From IMG/VR virus record IMGVR_UViG_3300028048_000045, positions 64,001-128,000 of that record: a stretch of 64,000 bases of DNA; one strand, 5' to 3'. Both the position numbers and the translations under genes were made by a program. This stretch comes from a virus (Duplodnaviria; Caudoviricetes). Below the pieces are notes generated by a model, which worked only from the letters and a program-made list of their open reading frames with translations, made no database searches and was not told where the DNA came from. Each line of letters begins with the position of its first letter. Positions within the stretch are counted from its first letter, which is position 1. This document shows, one piece after another, positions 50,045-59,249 of the stretch.

Positions 50045-50800
50045 TTATTTTTTATCATATTCAGATCTAATCATATTTCTTAATTTTTCAATTTTCAAAT
50101 TATCCGTAAATATGTAAGTGTATTTATGAGCTATTTTATACATAGTGCGTTTCTTTTTATCTCTTTTAAGAGCACGAATCGTACTAGTTATACCAGCAGT
50201 TCCTTTGAAAATTATAGGATAAGTTTTAAGCTGCTCATAATTAATGATATTATCTTTATCATTTAATGATAACCAAATTTGAACGCCTTCAACTATTATT
50301 TTATGAGATAATTGTTTATTCATAATATAATTTATAAATTCTTCAGCCAAATCATAACATTTGTGTTCATTTCTATGTAATTTAGCATATTCGTTTTCTT
50401 TAAAGAATTCACAAATTATAGGATCTATTTTATTAAAATCTGAATCGGTAAACATATCTGGAGTCATAATATCATCCAATTGTATTAAACTACAATGATA
50501 TTTTTTAGACAATTCTCCACCTAATGTAGTTTTACCAGAACCAGAAAAACCAGTTACAAATAAAATATTATAGTTACCATTTTCAAATTCTTTTAATTTA
50601 TAACATTCATCATCAATTGTAAAAATTAAATTTTCATTAGATTCTTCAGCTTTATCTAAATCAGGATCTTCATGACCATTGTTACAGTCACCGAGTTGAA
50701 AATCTCCAACAGTTTCTACACCTTCATCCGGTCCAAAAAGACCTTGAGAACATGCGTAAACATTCATTTCAGTAGCAAATATTTTATCATTATTAATCAT
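50045..50800 (-). CDS. P-loop nucleotide/nucleoside kinase-like protein with an N-terminal virion-type leader
   Basis: VTGFSGSGKTT, IQLDD and IIVEG motifs; leader MINNDKIFATE. Confidence 0.7.
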   Translation of the reverse strand: MINNDKIFATEMNVYACSQGLFGPDEGVETVGDFQLGDCNNGHEDPDLDKAEESNENLIFTIDDECYKLKEFENGNYNILFVTGFSGSGKTTLGGELSKKYHCSLIQLDDIMTPDMFTDSDFNKIDPIICEFFKENEYAKLHRNEHKCYDLAEEFINYIMNKQLSHKIIVEGVQIWLSLNDKDNIINYEQLKTYPIIFKGTAGITSTIRALKRDKKKRTMYKIAHKYTYIFTDNLKIEKLRNMIRSEYDKK

Positions 50801-50811
50801 AACTATTTTCC

Positions 50812-51705
50812 TTATTTAGAAAAATCTAAAACAACCATATTTATTAACGATTGTGTTGTACCATGATGATCACCGCCCCAAGTTTTTTCATAATAAATTT
50901 TATTTGGTTCTAACTTAGGTTTATTTCCATCTTTCCATTGTTCATATTCTGTCATAGGAATATTCATTTTATTACAAGTATCTTCGACGACCTTATCAAA
51001 TACTTTATCAAATTTAGTGGTATCCGAATCATCATAAGATTCATCCAATGTATATCGTTTTAAACCATCTAAACCAAATGAGTATTGTTGTACAAGAATT
51101 TCTACTTTTTCTTTATTTTGAATAGCTTTAGCAATATCTATACATTTATTCCATAAATGCGTAGATAATTCATTATATTGATCGCTATCATCTTCACAAT
51201 CGTAAATAGCAATATAATGTTTAGGATCAATTTTACTTATTTCATTTTTTAGAATTGGAACAACAGTTTTGCCAAATTTATTAGCTAAATTCAATGTTCT
51301 AGTTATTTCATTTTGCAATCGTTTTAACTCGGGATGATTTTTTATTTGTTCGAAAGCAGCATCTTCAGCTTTTCTTTCTTCTTTATATTTTTCATAGCGT
51401 TGTTTAGATAATTCTTTTTCTTTTGCTTCTTTACGTTTTAATAAATATTTGTATAATGGTGTTTTTCTATAAAGAGGTAGAATTATATATGCTAAAAGAC
51501 ACCATGCTAAAGCCACAGCACCCAACCCAATTTGAATTTTTTCAAGTATATTAGATTCTTGCGACTGTTCATTATCTAAATATTTATCAAGATCTGGATC
51601 TCCAGTAGTTCCTGTTTCAGGATCATACCGTCGCTCAGCTAATCTTTTCAATTTTTCTTCTATAGTGAAAGATTCGCAAGAGAATATCTTATCATTATTA
51701 ATCAT
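50812..51705 (-). CDS. Membrane-anchored protein with an N-terminal virion-type leader
   Basis: MINNDKIFSCE...DPDLDK...SQE followed by transmembrane IGLGAVALAWCLLAYIILPLY. Confidence 0.55.
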   Translation of the reverse strand: MINNDKIFSCESFTIEEKLKRLAERRYDPETGTTGDPDLDKYLDNEQSQESNILEKIQIGLGAVALAWCLLAYIILPLYRKTPLYKYLLKRKEAKEKELSKQRYEKYKEERKAEDAAFEQIKNHPELKRLQNEITRTLNLANKFGKTVVPILKNEISKIDPKHYIAIYDCEDDSDQYNELSTHLWNKCIDIAKAIQNKEKVEILVQQYSFGLDGLKRYTLDESYDDSDTTKFDKVFDKVVEDTCNKMNIPMTEYEQWKDGNKPKLEPNKIYYEKTWGGDHHGTTQSLINMVVLDFSK

Positions 51706-52160
51706 TGTTGTACTCCATAAGCTTTTTTAAAAGCATCAATAAATATATTCCAACCAGGAAATCCTGGAAAACTTCTATCATCTAAATAATAATCAGCATA
51801 AATCTTTTTTGAAGGTTTAAAATTTATACTATCCGAATTATCATTAGCTTTTGTAACTTTAATACCATTAGCCAATAAAAATGCTAATGCTTGTTTAAGA
51901 TATTCGCCATCTCTACAAGTCCATAAAATAATTTGAACTCCAAAAGATTGTAAAAACTTTATAGATTCGATAGCATTCGGTTTAACTTTACCAATTTTTG
52001 GAAAAGTATCATCGACAATTGTACCATCGAAATCTACAGCAAGTATCAGTTTATCACTAGGTTTATTAAAGTTACCAATAGAAAGGCCGGTAGGATTTAA
52101 TATAGTTATAGGTTCAGTGTTCATAACTTCATATGAAAATAATCTATTATTATTGATCAT
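51702..52160 (-). CDS. HAD-superfamily phosphatase with an N-terminal virion-type leader
   Basis: AVDFDGTIV, LWTCR and KIYADYYLDDR motifs; start at 52160 (ggtga RBS) gives MINNNRLFSYE. Confidence 0.8.
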   Translation of the reverse strand: MINNNRLFSYEVMNTEPITILNPTGLSIGNFNKPSDKLILAVDFDGTIVDDTFPKIGKVKPNAIESIKFLQSFGVQIILWTCRDGEYLKQALAFLLANGIKVTKANDNSDSINFKPSKKIYADYYLDDRSFPGFPGWNIFIDAFKKAYGVQQ

Positions 52161-52905
52161 CTTTGTCACCAAAATCTATATTACCGTAATCATTTCCAGA
52201 GAATTTAACCTCTAGACCAGCAGCTTTGCAGAAAACTTCTGTAGTATTAACTGCCTGTTTATTGTGAGTTCGAATATCCAAATCAGATAATCTAACATCA
52301 CCAGTTGATACAATAGTATTCAACATTTGTTGTTTACTTATTTGATCATCTGCACGAGGACCAAGGAATTCTTTAAGAGCATTAGTTTGATTTGTTGCAG
52401 CTAACGCATAAGTCTGAACGTTTGTAGTAGAAGCAGTTTTATCTTCTTGTACAACCTGACCAGTCAATGGGTTAATATGATCACTACTATTAGAAATAGA
52501 GTTTTTATGTTGCAACATCTGCTGGAAGAATCGTCTAATTGGACAGTAAATAATTGGTACCTTTGTTAATGTACACATTGGTTTGCCTCTAGGATTTCTA
52601 AAAGGCATAAATACATATTCGAATAAACCGATCTTCCATTTATCAGCAATAGCTTTAATCTTTTCAAGAGTCATATTATCAGACTTTTTCTTTTCAAGTT
52701 GATTAATATCTATAAAAAGATTTAAATCATCCTGCTCTATATATTTCTTCATCAAATCAATGAATTGTTTATCTGACATTTTAGCAAAAGCTATTCTATA
52801 AGTATCAGCATTAAATCCTGAAGGATCAATATCATCCATTAATTTGTAAATATTTTCTTCATACTTTTTACGTATTTTTTTAAACTGTTCAGCAGAAACT
52901 TTCAT
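52150..52905 (-). CDS. rpoB: RNA polymerase beta-like subunit, C-terminal fragment (virion RNAP, phiKZ gp149-like)
   Basis: QQMLQHK..NPLTGQ...TYALAA..ALKEFLGPRADD parallels the beta C-terminal TQQP...WALEA..LQEMLT.KSDD; late operon. Confidence 0.75.
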   Translation of the reverse strand: MKVSAEQFKKIRKKYEENIYKLMDDIDPSGFNADTYRIAFAKMSDKQFIDLMKKYIEQDDLNLFIDINQLEKKKSDNMTLEKIKAIADKWKIGLFEYVFMPFRNPRGKPMCTLTKVPIIYCPIRRFFQQMLQHKNSISNSSDHINPLTGQVVQEDKTASTTNVQTYALAATNQTNALKEFLGPRADDQISKQQMLNTIVSTGDVRLSDLDIRTHNKQAVNTTEVFCKAAGLEVKFSGNDYGNIDFGDKDDQ

Positions 52906-53354
52906 TATATAATAATCCTCCTACCATAGTCATAGGCATAATTTATATAGTCGTAACTTTCGAGAGATTCATCCATTTCATTAAATTCATAACAAAAATA
53001 ACGAATCTTTTCACAAGAATAATTATTAGTCATTATCTTAGCCAAATTATATTTTAAAGCATTTTCTTTATTATGAAAATGCTTAATTTTATTATCATCA
53101 GTTCTAAGATAATAACCCGATTTATCAGAATAAATCGAAAAGAAATAAGATTCAACTGATCTATCCCAATTACCACTATCTATTTGCAAGACATACGAAT
53201 CTTGTTTTATGTGTTCTAAGGATAACATTGAATCTTTTAATTTATCAAATGAATTTTGGTTTTTATGCTTATTTGTAAAATCTTTAATAGTACTATAAGC
53301 GTATTTAGGTGTAAATTCATATGATTCGAAACTAAAAATTTTAGCCAAATTCAT
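52905..53354 (-). CDS. Hypothetical late protein with a leader-like N-terminus
   Basis: MNLAKIFSFESYE; late motif at 53384-53396. Confidence 0.5.
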   Translation of the reverse strand: MNLAKIFSFESYEFTPKYAYSTIKDFTNKHKNQNSFDKLKDSMLSLEHIKQDSYVLQIDSGNWDRSVESYFFSIYSDKSGYYLRTDDNKIKHFHNKENALKYNLAKIMTNNYSCEKIRYFCYEFNEMDESLESYDYINYAYDYGRRIII

Positions 53355-53453
53355 AATTGTTATCCCTAATGTTTAATCGTAATATATAGAAATGTCAATT
53401 TAGAAAAAAAAGAAGGATACTTAAATTTCTCCTTCTTTTTTAAAAATCATCAA

Positions 53454-53963
53454 TTAATATGAAACTTTTACAGGTTTCAAACTATAGATGATTTTTCTAA
53501 TCAAAGCCTTATAGAAATTCCATAAAACTTTGAAAAAGTTTTGAATAGCTTGTAAAAGAGTCTTTATTAAAGACTTTCTCTTATAATCATATTCAACAAC
53601 CCAACCTAGTTCAGCATAAACTGCAAGTGGGTTTTTGATACCGGACAGATGATATTTTAACCATCCATCTGGTGCTTCTTCAGAGAGCTGTTCATTAACT
53701 CTCTTGAAGTAGTATTTGCAGAATTTTCTAAATTCTCTGCTATTTTTATAAACAGATTTAGAAAATCCTGTAAGGTCTTCTGAAGAAATTTTGTTGTATT
53801 CAGTCAACCCATTTTCCGTAATATCCTTGAAACGCTTTCCAAGGATATGAATCACTGGATATCCAAATGCCTTAGAAAACTCTAAGTATTCAGATCTTTT
53901 TACGATATTAGAACTCAATCTAACATCGTAATTTTTCAATAATGTTTTCAGGTTCTTTTTCAT
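53454..53963 (-). CDS. Hypothetical early protein
   Basis: Start probably 53963; 5' region nearly identical to that of 48763..49554. Confidence 0.55.
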   Translation of the reverse strand: MKKNLKTLLKNYDVRLSSNIVKRSEYLEFSKAFGYPVIHILGKRFKDITENGLTEYNKISSEDLTGFSKSVYKNSREFRKFCKYYFKRVNEQLSEEAPDGWLKYHLSGIKNPLAVYAELGWVVEYDYKRKSLIKTLLQAIQNFFKVLWNFYKALIRKIIYSLKPVKVSY

Positions 53964-54071
53964 ATTTACCATCTCATTATTATAATATACAAAAATAAAC
54001 AATTAGTTTACAAAAAAGAACCTGAGATTTATTCAGGTTCTTAAATTGAAAATTATTTCAATTTCAGCAAT

Positions 54072-54359
54072 TTACTCATTCGAAAGTTGCGTGTTATCAC
54101 ATATAATAGACATAATACATTTTGTTCTCGATTCGAACATTTGATAAGTTTTCTCATGTTCTATTTTAGATTTTTCAACTTCCATTTGTTGCAATTCAAT
54201 TTCTTTTTCATGAACAAGTCTTTCAGCATCAATCGATTTTAATAAATCTCTTTTATAATTGATATAATTGGTAAATGCTTCCGGATTAGCTTTAGCAAGT
54301 TCTAATTCTTCTTTAGTCAATCCGATACCACTAATATTAGATGTTTTTAAATCATCCAT
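54072..54359 (-). CDS. Coiled-coil early protein, paralog of 48268..48654
   Basis: Shared EELELAK.NPE.F motif and duplicated leader; aaggag RBS. Confidence 0.6.
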   Translation of the reverse strand: MDDLKTSNISGIGLTKEELELAKANPEAFTNYINYKRDLLKSIDAERLVHEKEIELQQMEVEKSKIEHEKTYQMFESRTKCIMSIICDNTQLSNE

Positions 54360-54461
54360 AATAGTCTCCTTAATTATTATGATATTAAGAATTCATACAA
54401 ATTCTTTACATTTTAATAATATATAAAACAAGAGGGAACAGATTCCCTCTCGTTTAATTAT

Positions 54462-57400
54462 TTAGAAACCACCAGCTTCATCGTTACCAATACCTTGATT
54501 CAAACCATCATTAGTTGTTACTTTACCATCTGGTGTAACAATTATAGGTTTAAATTCAGTATTAACGATTTGATCATTAACTGATCTATTTACTCTGTTT
54601 TCAATAGCAGTTTTATTAGCTTCAGGTCTAAGATTCTGTGCAAGACGTATATATTTATCCAAACCGATACCAGGCATAAGTTGTTGATAAAGTTTTTGTT
54701 TAAATTTAAATCTTGTAGAATTAGTAACTTCGGTATCATCATCAGGATTAATAACAATACCAATAATATTCTCAATGTAAGATTGAACAGTTGAGAATAA
54801 GTTATTAGCGTTTTGCATATTCAAACTTTCAGGTGGAGCAAATCGTACAAGAATTTCTGAAAGAGAGAAATCTTTATTTCCATCTTTAATTTTCTTATAC
54901 AATCCAGAACCAACAATAAGTAATTTGATAAATTTAGTAGCAATATTACCAAATACTCCCTGAAGTTTAATAAGATCAAAACGATATTCAGCATTTCTAG
55001 AAGCTGCTAATGAAGCAAAATCTTCTTCTTGATAAGGATTAGTAATAGTTACAGGACATTTAAGCTGTGTAACAATATCATTTTCCAATCTTTGTTCAAG
55101 ATCATCCTGTTGATCTATGGTGTTATGCTGTGAAATATCTTCATATTCAAACAATTGTTCGCCATCATAAATTGGTACAACAATTGTTTCAGATAATGAT
55201 GCTGATTTAAGAACTCTTGATAATGAAGTGAATGGAGATTCAACATTCAATTTACGAGTTGTTAAAGCATTTTCAATAGCTCTGATAGAATAACCAAAGT
55301 TTTTAGCTTTACCAACATTAACTGTAATCTTATCACGCTGTCCTGTACGAGTAAGACGAGTCATGATATTATTCATATTTACAAGAATCTTCTCATAACA
55401 TGTGAACAAACAGTTTTTCATAAATGATTCAGGAATACCATTTCCATCCAAACCAGGTGTGAAATAACACATATATTTTTCAGGAATGTACATAATCTTA
55501 ATACGATTCTGTACAATAGCTCCATCTCTAATAAGAGCCATGATAGTATCCATAAACGTTTCATCATCTTCAATATCATGTCTATGGATTTTTTGTTTAA
55601 GTACATTAAACATAATCTTTTTCATGATATTATTTCGACGAATAGCATCATCTCCAGCTACACCAACATCAAAACCTGCTATATCCAATCCTGCTCCAAG
55701 AGCCATTGAACCTGCACCTGTAATACCTACTGAAGGTAAGTCTGATACAGCAGCAATTCCACCCATAGGAACTCCCTGAACACCTGCTCCAAATGAACCA
55801 GATGTAGCTGGTGAAGGAGATATAGCAAAATCATTATTGATACCGAGATTGAGGAACATATCTGTAAAGTTACAGTTACGTTTATTTACAGATTCAACAT
55901 TTCCTGTATATGGTGAAGTTTCAATAATATAATAACCTACATGTCTACCTGCAACAATTACAGGAATAACATCTTCAGCATCATATTCTTTAATCAAACA
56001 ATCGTTTAATAAAGAATATTCATTAGGTGAAAAATCTTCTGTAAATTCATCAAGTACCGATTTAGGTCCATTATCGATTTCCATTCCATCTTTAACTATT
56101 GGATCTTGATCATAATTCTTATCACGTTCTTTAAGACGTTTTTCATCTTGAAGTCTAGCATTGAATGCTTTTAATCCAGCTTTAGGATTTTCATGATAAG
56201 CTGACATCTGCATAAGTCTACGGAAGTTATTAATAGAAACACCCATAGCTAATTCAGACTGATCGTAGAATTCGATATTACTATCGATTGTTTTGACAGC
56301 ATTAAAGATTTGTTCCTTAAAGTGTTCAGACAATGAACCGTCAACTTTTACTTTATCTTGGAATTCACGGAATTTTTCATTAACTTCATTAACTTTTTCA
56401 GATTTATTAATTACGTTAGATCCGTAAATATCAAACAATCTTTCATTTCTAACACGCTCAATATTATTGGAAACATCTTCAATACCACGAGCCATATATT
56501 CGTTAAGATCTTCTTTTGATACAAATTTATCAATTACTGAATCTCTTAAATCTGTATAATTCTTCACATTAAATGATATTTTTTCTTCACCGTCTACAGA
56601 TTCTGTAGACATGATTTTATATTTAGGATCATTGAAATTAGGAATTAAACGATGTTCCCTAGAATGATAATCTGAAATAACATCTTCATAAGCTTCTGTA
56701 GAATTAGCAGAAGTTCTGAACTTATAGTCTGCATATTTTTGTGAAAAATTACGCATACTAATTTTAGCCATTTCCATAATATCTGTGTATGGGAAAACAA
56801 CTACAGGTTTAGCACCTTCGATAAGAGCAGTACGTAAATATCTAGGAAGCCTGTCTTCAATACAATATCTATCAAGAATTTCTTTTTCAATACGTTCATT
56901 GATAGGGTTTTCAGACAATACTGAAGGATCGTTATCATCAGGATTTAATGTACTAGGAACATATACATTTGAAATGGAACGTTTAGTAATTTCATTAATT
57001 GCTAATATATCCCTAGCTTTCATATCAGCACATCTATAAACTGTTGGAATAAGACGTGCTACATTACGATATTCTGAAACAAGATTACGATATGATGAAA
57101 AAATAGAAGCGTGGAAATTATAAGTTTCCAAATCTTCTTTATTATCATTATCACTGTAAACCATACGGAAACCATCTCTTGTAGTTGGATCTCCGTACAT
57201 TCCGCCGAAATTTCTATTCAAAGATGTATCATATGAATCAGCTATAAATGTTTCTTTAGTAAGATTTTGAAGCTGTTTCATGGTATTAAATACATAATTA
57301 GGATCATCCTCATCAGTATTTTTTAAACTCTTAGATACCATCTTTTCAATTCGATCAAGTTGATTTCTATTATCTTGAACGAACTGTGGTGTCAATCCTA

Positions 57401-57473
57401 AATGATCTGCATAAATACTAAGATTAGCATCATTATTTAGAATATCTAAATTGCTATTATTACTTTTAGGCAT
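54462..57473 (-). CDS. Portal protein (jumbo-phage type)
   Basis: 1003 aa; C-terminal LKCP...EEDFA..A..N..F..IKLQ..F...FAPP pattern typical of large myophage portals; late operon. Confidence 0.7.
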   Translation of the reverse strand: MPKSNNSNLDILNNDANLSIYADHLGLTPQFVQDNRNQLDRIEKMVSKSLKNTDEDDPNYVFNTMKQLQNLTKETFIADSYDTSLNRNFGGMYGDPTTRDGFRMVYSDNDNKEDLETYNFHASIFSSYRNLVSEYRNVARLIPTVYRCADMKARDILAINEITKRSISNVYVPSTLNPDDNDPSVLSENPINERIEKEILDRYCIEDRLPRYLRTALIEGAKPVVVFPYTDIMEMAKISMRNFSQKYADYKFRTSANSTEAYEDVISDYHSREHRLIPNFNDPKYKIMSTESVDGEEKISFNVKNYTDLRDSVIDKFVSKEDLNEYMARGIEDVSNNIERVRNERLFDIYGSNVINKSEKVNEVNEKFREFQDKVKVDGSLSEHFKEQIFNAVKTIDSNIEFYDQSELAMGVSINNFRRLMQMSAYHENPKAGLKAFNARLQDEKRLKERDKNYDQDPIVKDGMEIDNGPKSVLDEFTEDFSPNEYSLLNDCLIKEYDAEDVIPVIVAGRHVGYYIIETSPYTGNVESVNKRNCNFTDMFLNLGINNDFAISPSPATSGSFGAGVQGVPMGGIAAVSDLPSVGITGAGSMALGAGLDIAGFDVGVAGDDAIRRNNIMKKIMFNVLKQKIHRHDIEDDETFMDTIMALIRDGAIVQNRIKIMYIPEKYMCYFTPGLDGNGIPESFMKNCLFTCYEKILVNMNNIMTRLTRTGQRDKITVNVGKAKNFGYSIRAIENALTTRKLNVESPFTSLSRVLKSASLSETIVVPIYDGEQLFEYEDISQHNTIDQQDDLEQRLENDIVTQLKCPVTITNPYQEEDFASLAASRNAEYRFDLIKLQGVFGNIATKFIKLLIVGSGLYKKIKDGNKDFSLSEILVRFAPPESLNMQNANNLFSTVQSYIENIIGIVINPDDDTEVTNSTRFKFKQKLYQQLMPGIGLDKYIRLAQNLRPEANKTAIENRVNRSVNDQIVNTEFKPIIVTPDGKVTTNDGLNQGIGNDEAGGF

Positions 57474-57484
57474 CTGTCAAACTC

Positions 57485-59170
57485 CTATTTAGCTACTGGT
57501 TTTGGAATCATATATGTTAAACCGTAAATACCATGTGGAATAACATTAGGGAATTCACGCATAACATTTCCATTTATACCAACAACATTTGAAATTTCTT
57601 TCATATGTTTGTAAACGTCTTCATTACCTTCTTGTGTAAATACACCTTGTGTAGAAATCTGGTCACCATCGTAATCCGCACCCATCGCAGCAAGATATGT
57701 TGAGAACATACGCATTGTATCTGTAAACATACCTTCAATATCTTCTGATGTTTTGTAATTCAAAATAGGATAACGTGGATATAATACACCATTAAAAAAA
57801 ACAGAAGTATATTCATTACAAGGAATAATATTCATAAGACCACAATAAGTATTATTATATGTGGTCAACGGATATCGTGTATTATAAATAGATTTGTTTT
57901 TAATATTATCCATAGCTACAATATAAAGTAATTCACAATATGTAAGTTCTCTATATGAACTAGGATTTTCTTCATCTTCTGTAATATCTGTTGAAAAAGA
58001 TGGTTTACCATCAACAACATTCATACGAACTGTTAATGGAATTCTAAATCCATTTTCACCTTTAAGTGTTACTTTTTCTACACGATAATATTTAGATTTT
58101 TTATAGTTGTCTAAAACATTCCTAATCGAATCTGTTGTAAATTCATCAATCCATGTACTATCAAGTGGAGCTTCGATCAATTTCTTTTGTTCAAAATCAT
58201 AATAATTGATAGATATTCTACCAGATACATAATTTTGAATCCATCTTGAAACGCCAAAAATCATAAAAGGAGCAAAAATATTTGCTGCTGTAGCTAATGG
58301 TGTTGAAGAGTGGAAGAAATCTGCTTCACACTGTGTATAGTGTTCTGTATTAAAATCTGGTGGAGAAATAACCAAACGAGCACCATAGTCTGTTGCTTTA
58401 CCAACTACAAATTTATTAGCAAAACCATCAGCACCACCAATCTTTTTCATATAAAATTCATAAATCTCATAAAGAGCATCTTGCATTTTTACATGAGAGA
58501 TTGAACGTTTTGGTTCATTTGGATCGTCCATGAATGAAATATCATCAAGATTTTTAATAATATCAGCTAAACGTAATATCTTAGCATATAACTGATTTAT
58601 AATATTTCTTTTAGAACTTCCATCAGATGAATATTTAACATCACGATACCAAGCTGGCATTATTAATAATTTGTCCCAGAAAATTTCATCTACGGTATAA
58701 GCTTTTAACCACTTTCTACGTGTTTTAGCAGCTTTACTCATATCATTTGTAATTCTCCAAGAAATATAAGGCCATGCTTCTTTCAACCAAGTAATTCCTG
58801 TACCAGTATTTTTATAAACTGCATCAGCTGGAACAGTTTCACTAGGATCAATTTTAGTAAGTTCACCAGTTTTATCGACATAGTATCTTCCGATACCAAG
58901 TTTCATATCATTTGCTATGCCTTTTTTCAATCGTTTTAAAACATAAAAAGCATGAGGATTCATAAATACATCATTTAGTCTTACCCATCCCCATTTGGTT
59001 TTACGATCTTCTGTACCAGGAGCACCAAATATTTCTTCAGAAAACATTCCTTCAGGATGTAATTCTGATGTACTAGGAACGAAGTATAAAGTTGATGTTA
59101 CTTCTTTCCAATTATTAATTTCTATATCTTTATTAGGATTAACTAGGTTAATCGACATTGAATCTAACAT
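57485..59170 (-). CDS. rpoC: RNA polymerase beta'-like catalytic subunit, N-terminal half (virion RNAP, phiKZ gp180-like)
   Basis: GMFSEEIFG, GKATDYGARLVISP, TRYP and catalytic GADYDGD motifs; late motif at 59189-59201. Confidence 0.92.
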   Translation of the reverse strand: MLDSMSINLVNPNKDIEINNWKEVTSTLYFVPSTSELHPEGMFSEEIFGAPGTEDRKTKWGWVRLNDVFMNPHAFYVLKRLKKGIANDMKLGIGRYYVDKTGELTKIDPSETVPADAVYKNTGTGITWLKEAWPYISWRITNDMSKAAKTRRKWLKAYTVDEIFWDKLLIMPAWYRDVKYSSDGSSKRNIINQLYAKILRLADIIKNLDDISFMDDPNEPKRSISHVKMQDALYEIYEFYMKKIGGADGFANKFVVGKATDYGARLVISPPDFNTEHYTQCEADFFHSSTPLATAANIFAPFMIFGVSRWIQNYVSGRISINYYDFEQKKLIEAPLDSTWIDEFTTDSIRNVLDNYKKSKYYRVEKVTLKGENGFRIPLTVRMNVVDGKPSFSTDITEDEENPSSYRELTYCELLYIVAMDNIKNKSIYNTRYPLTTYNNTYCGLMNIIPCNEYTSVFFNGVLYPRYPILNYKTSEDIEGMFTDTMRMFSTYLAAMGADYDGDQISTQGVFTQEGNEDVYKHMKEISNVVGINGNVMREFPNVIPHGIYGLTYMIPKPVAK

Positions 59171-59249
59171 ATAGTTACCTCTGTAAGTATATAAATTTGT
59201 CTTTGAATAATAAAGAAAAACTGAGGCTAAAATGCCTCAGTTTATCATT

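Noticed and set aside
49554-53972. Apparent shared protein N-terminus 'MVNM' in two ORFs
   Set aside because: It is better explained as a shared RBS/leader DNA block upstream of the true ATGs at 49554 and 53963. It is reported as a regulatory repeat instead.
31217-59170. Introns or inteins in the RNAP, polymerase or helicase genes, which are common in AR9-like phages
   Set aside because: The ORFs are continuous, with motifs at expected spacing and no intein-terminal or homing-endonuclease signatures.
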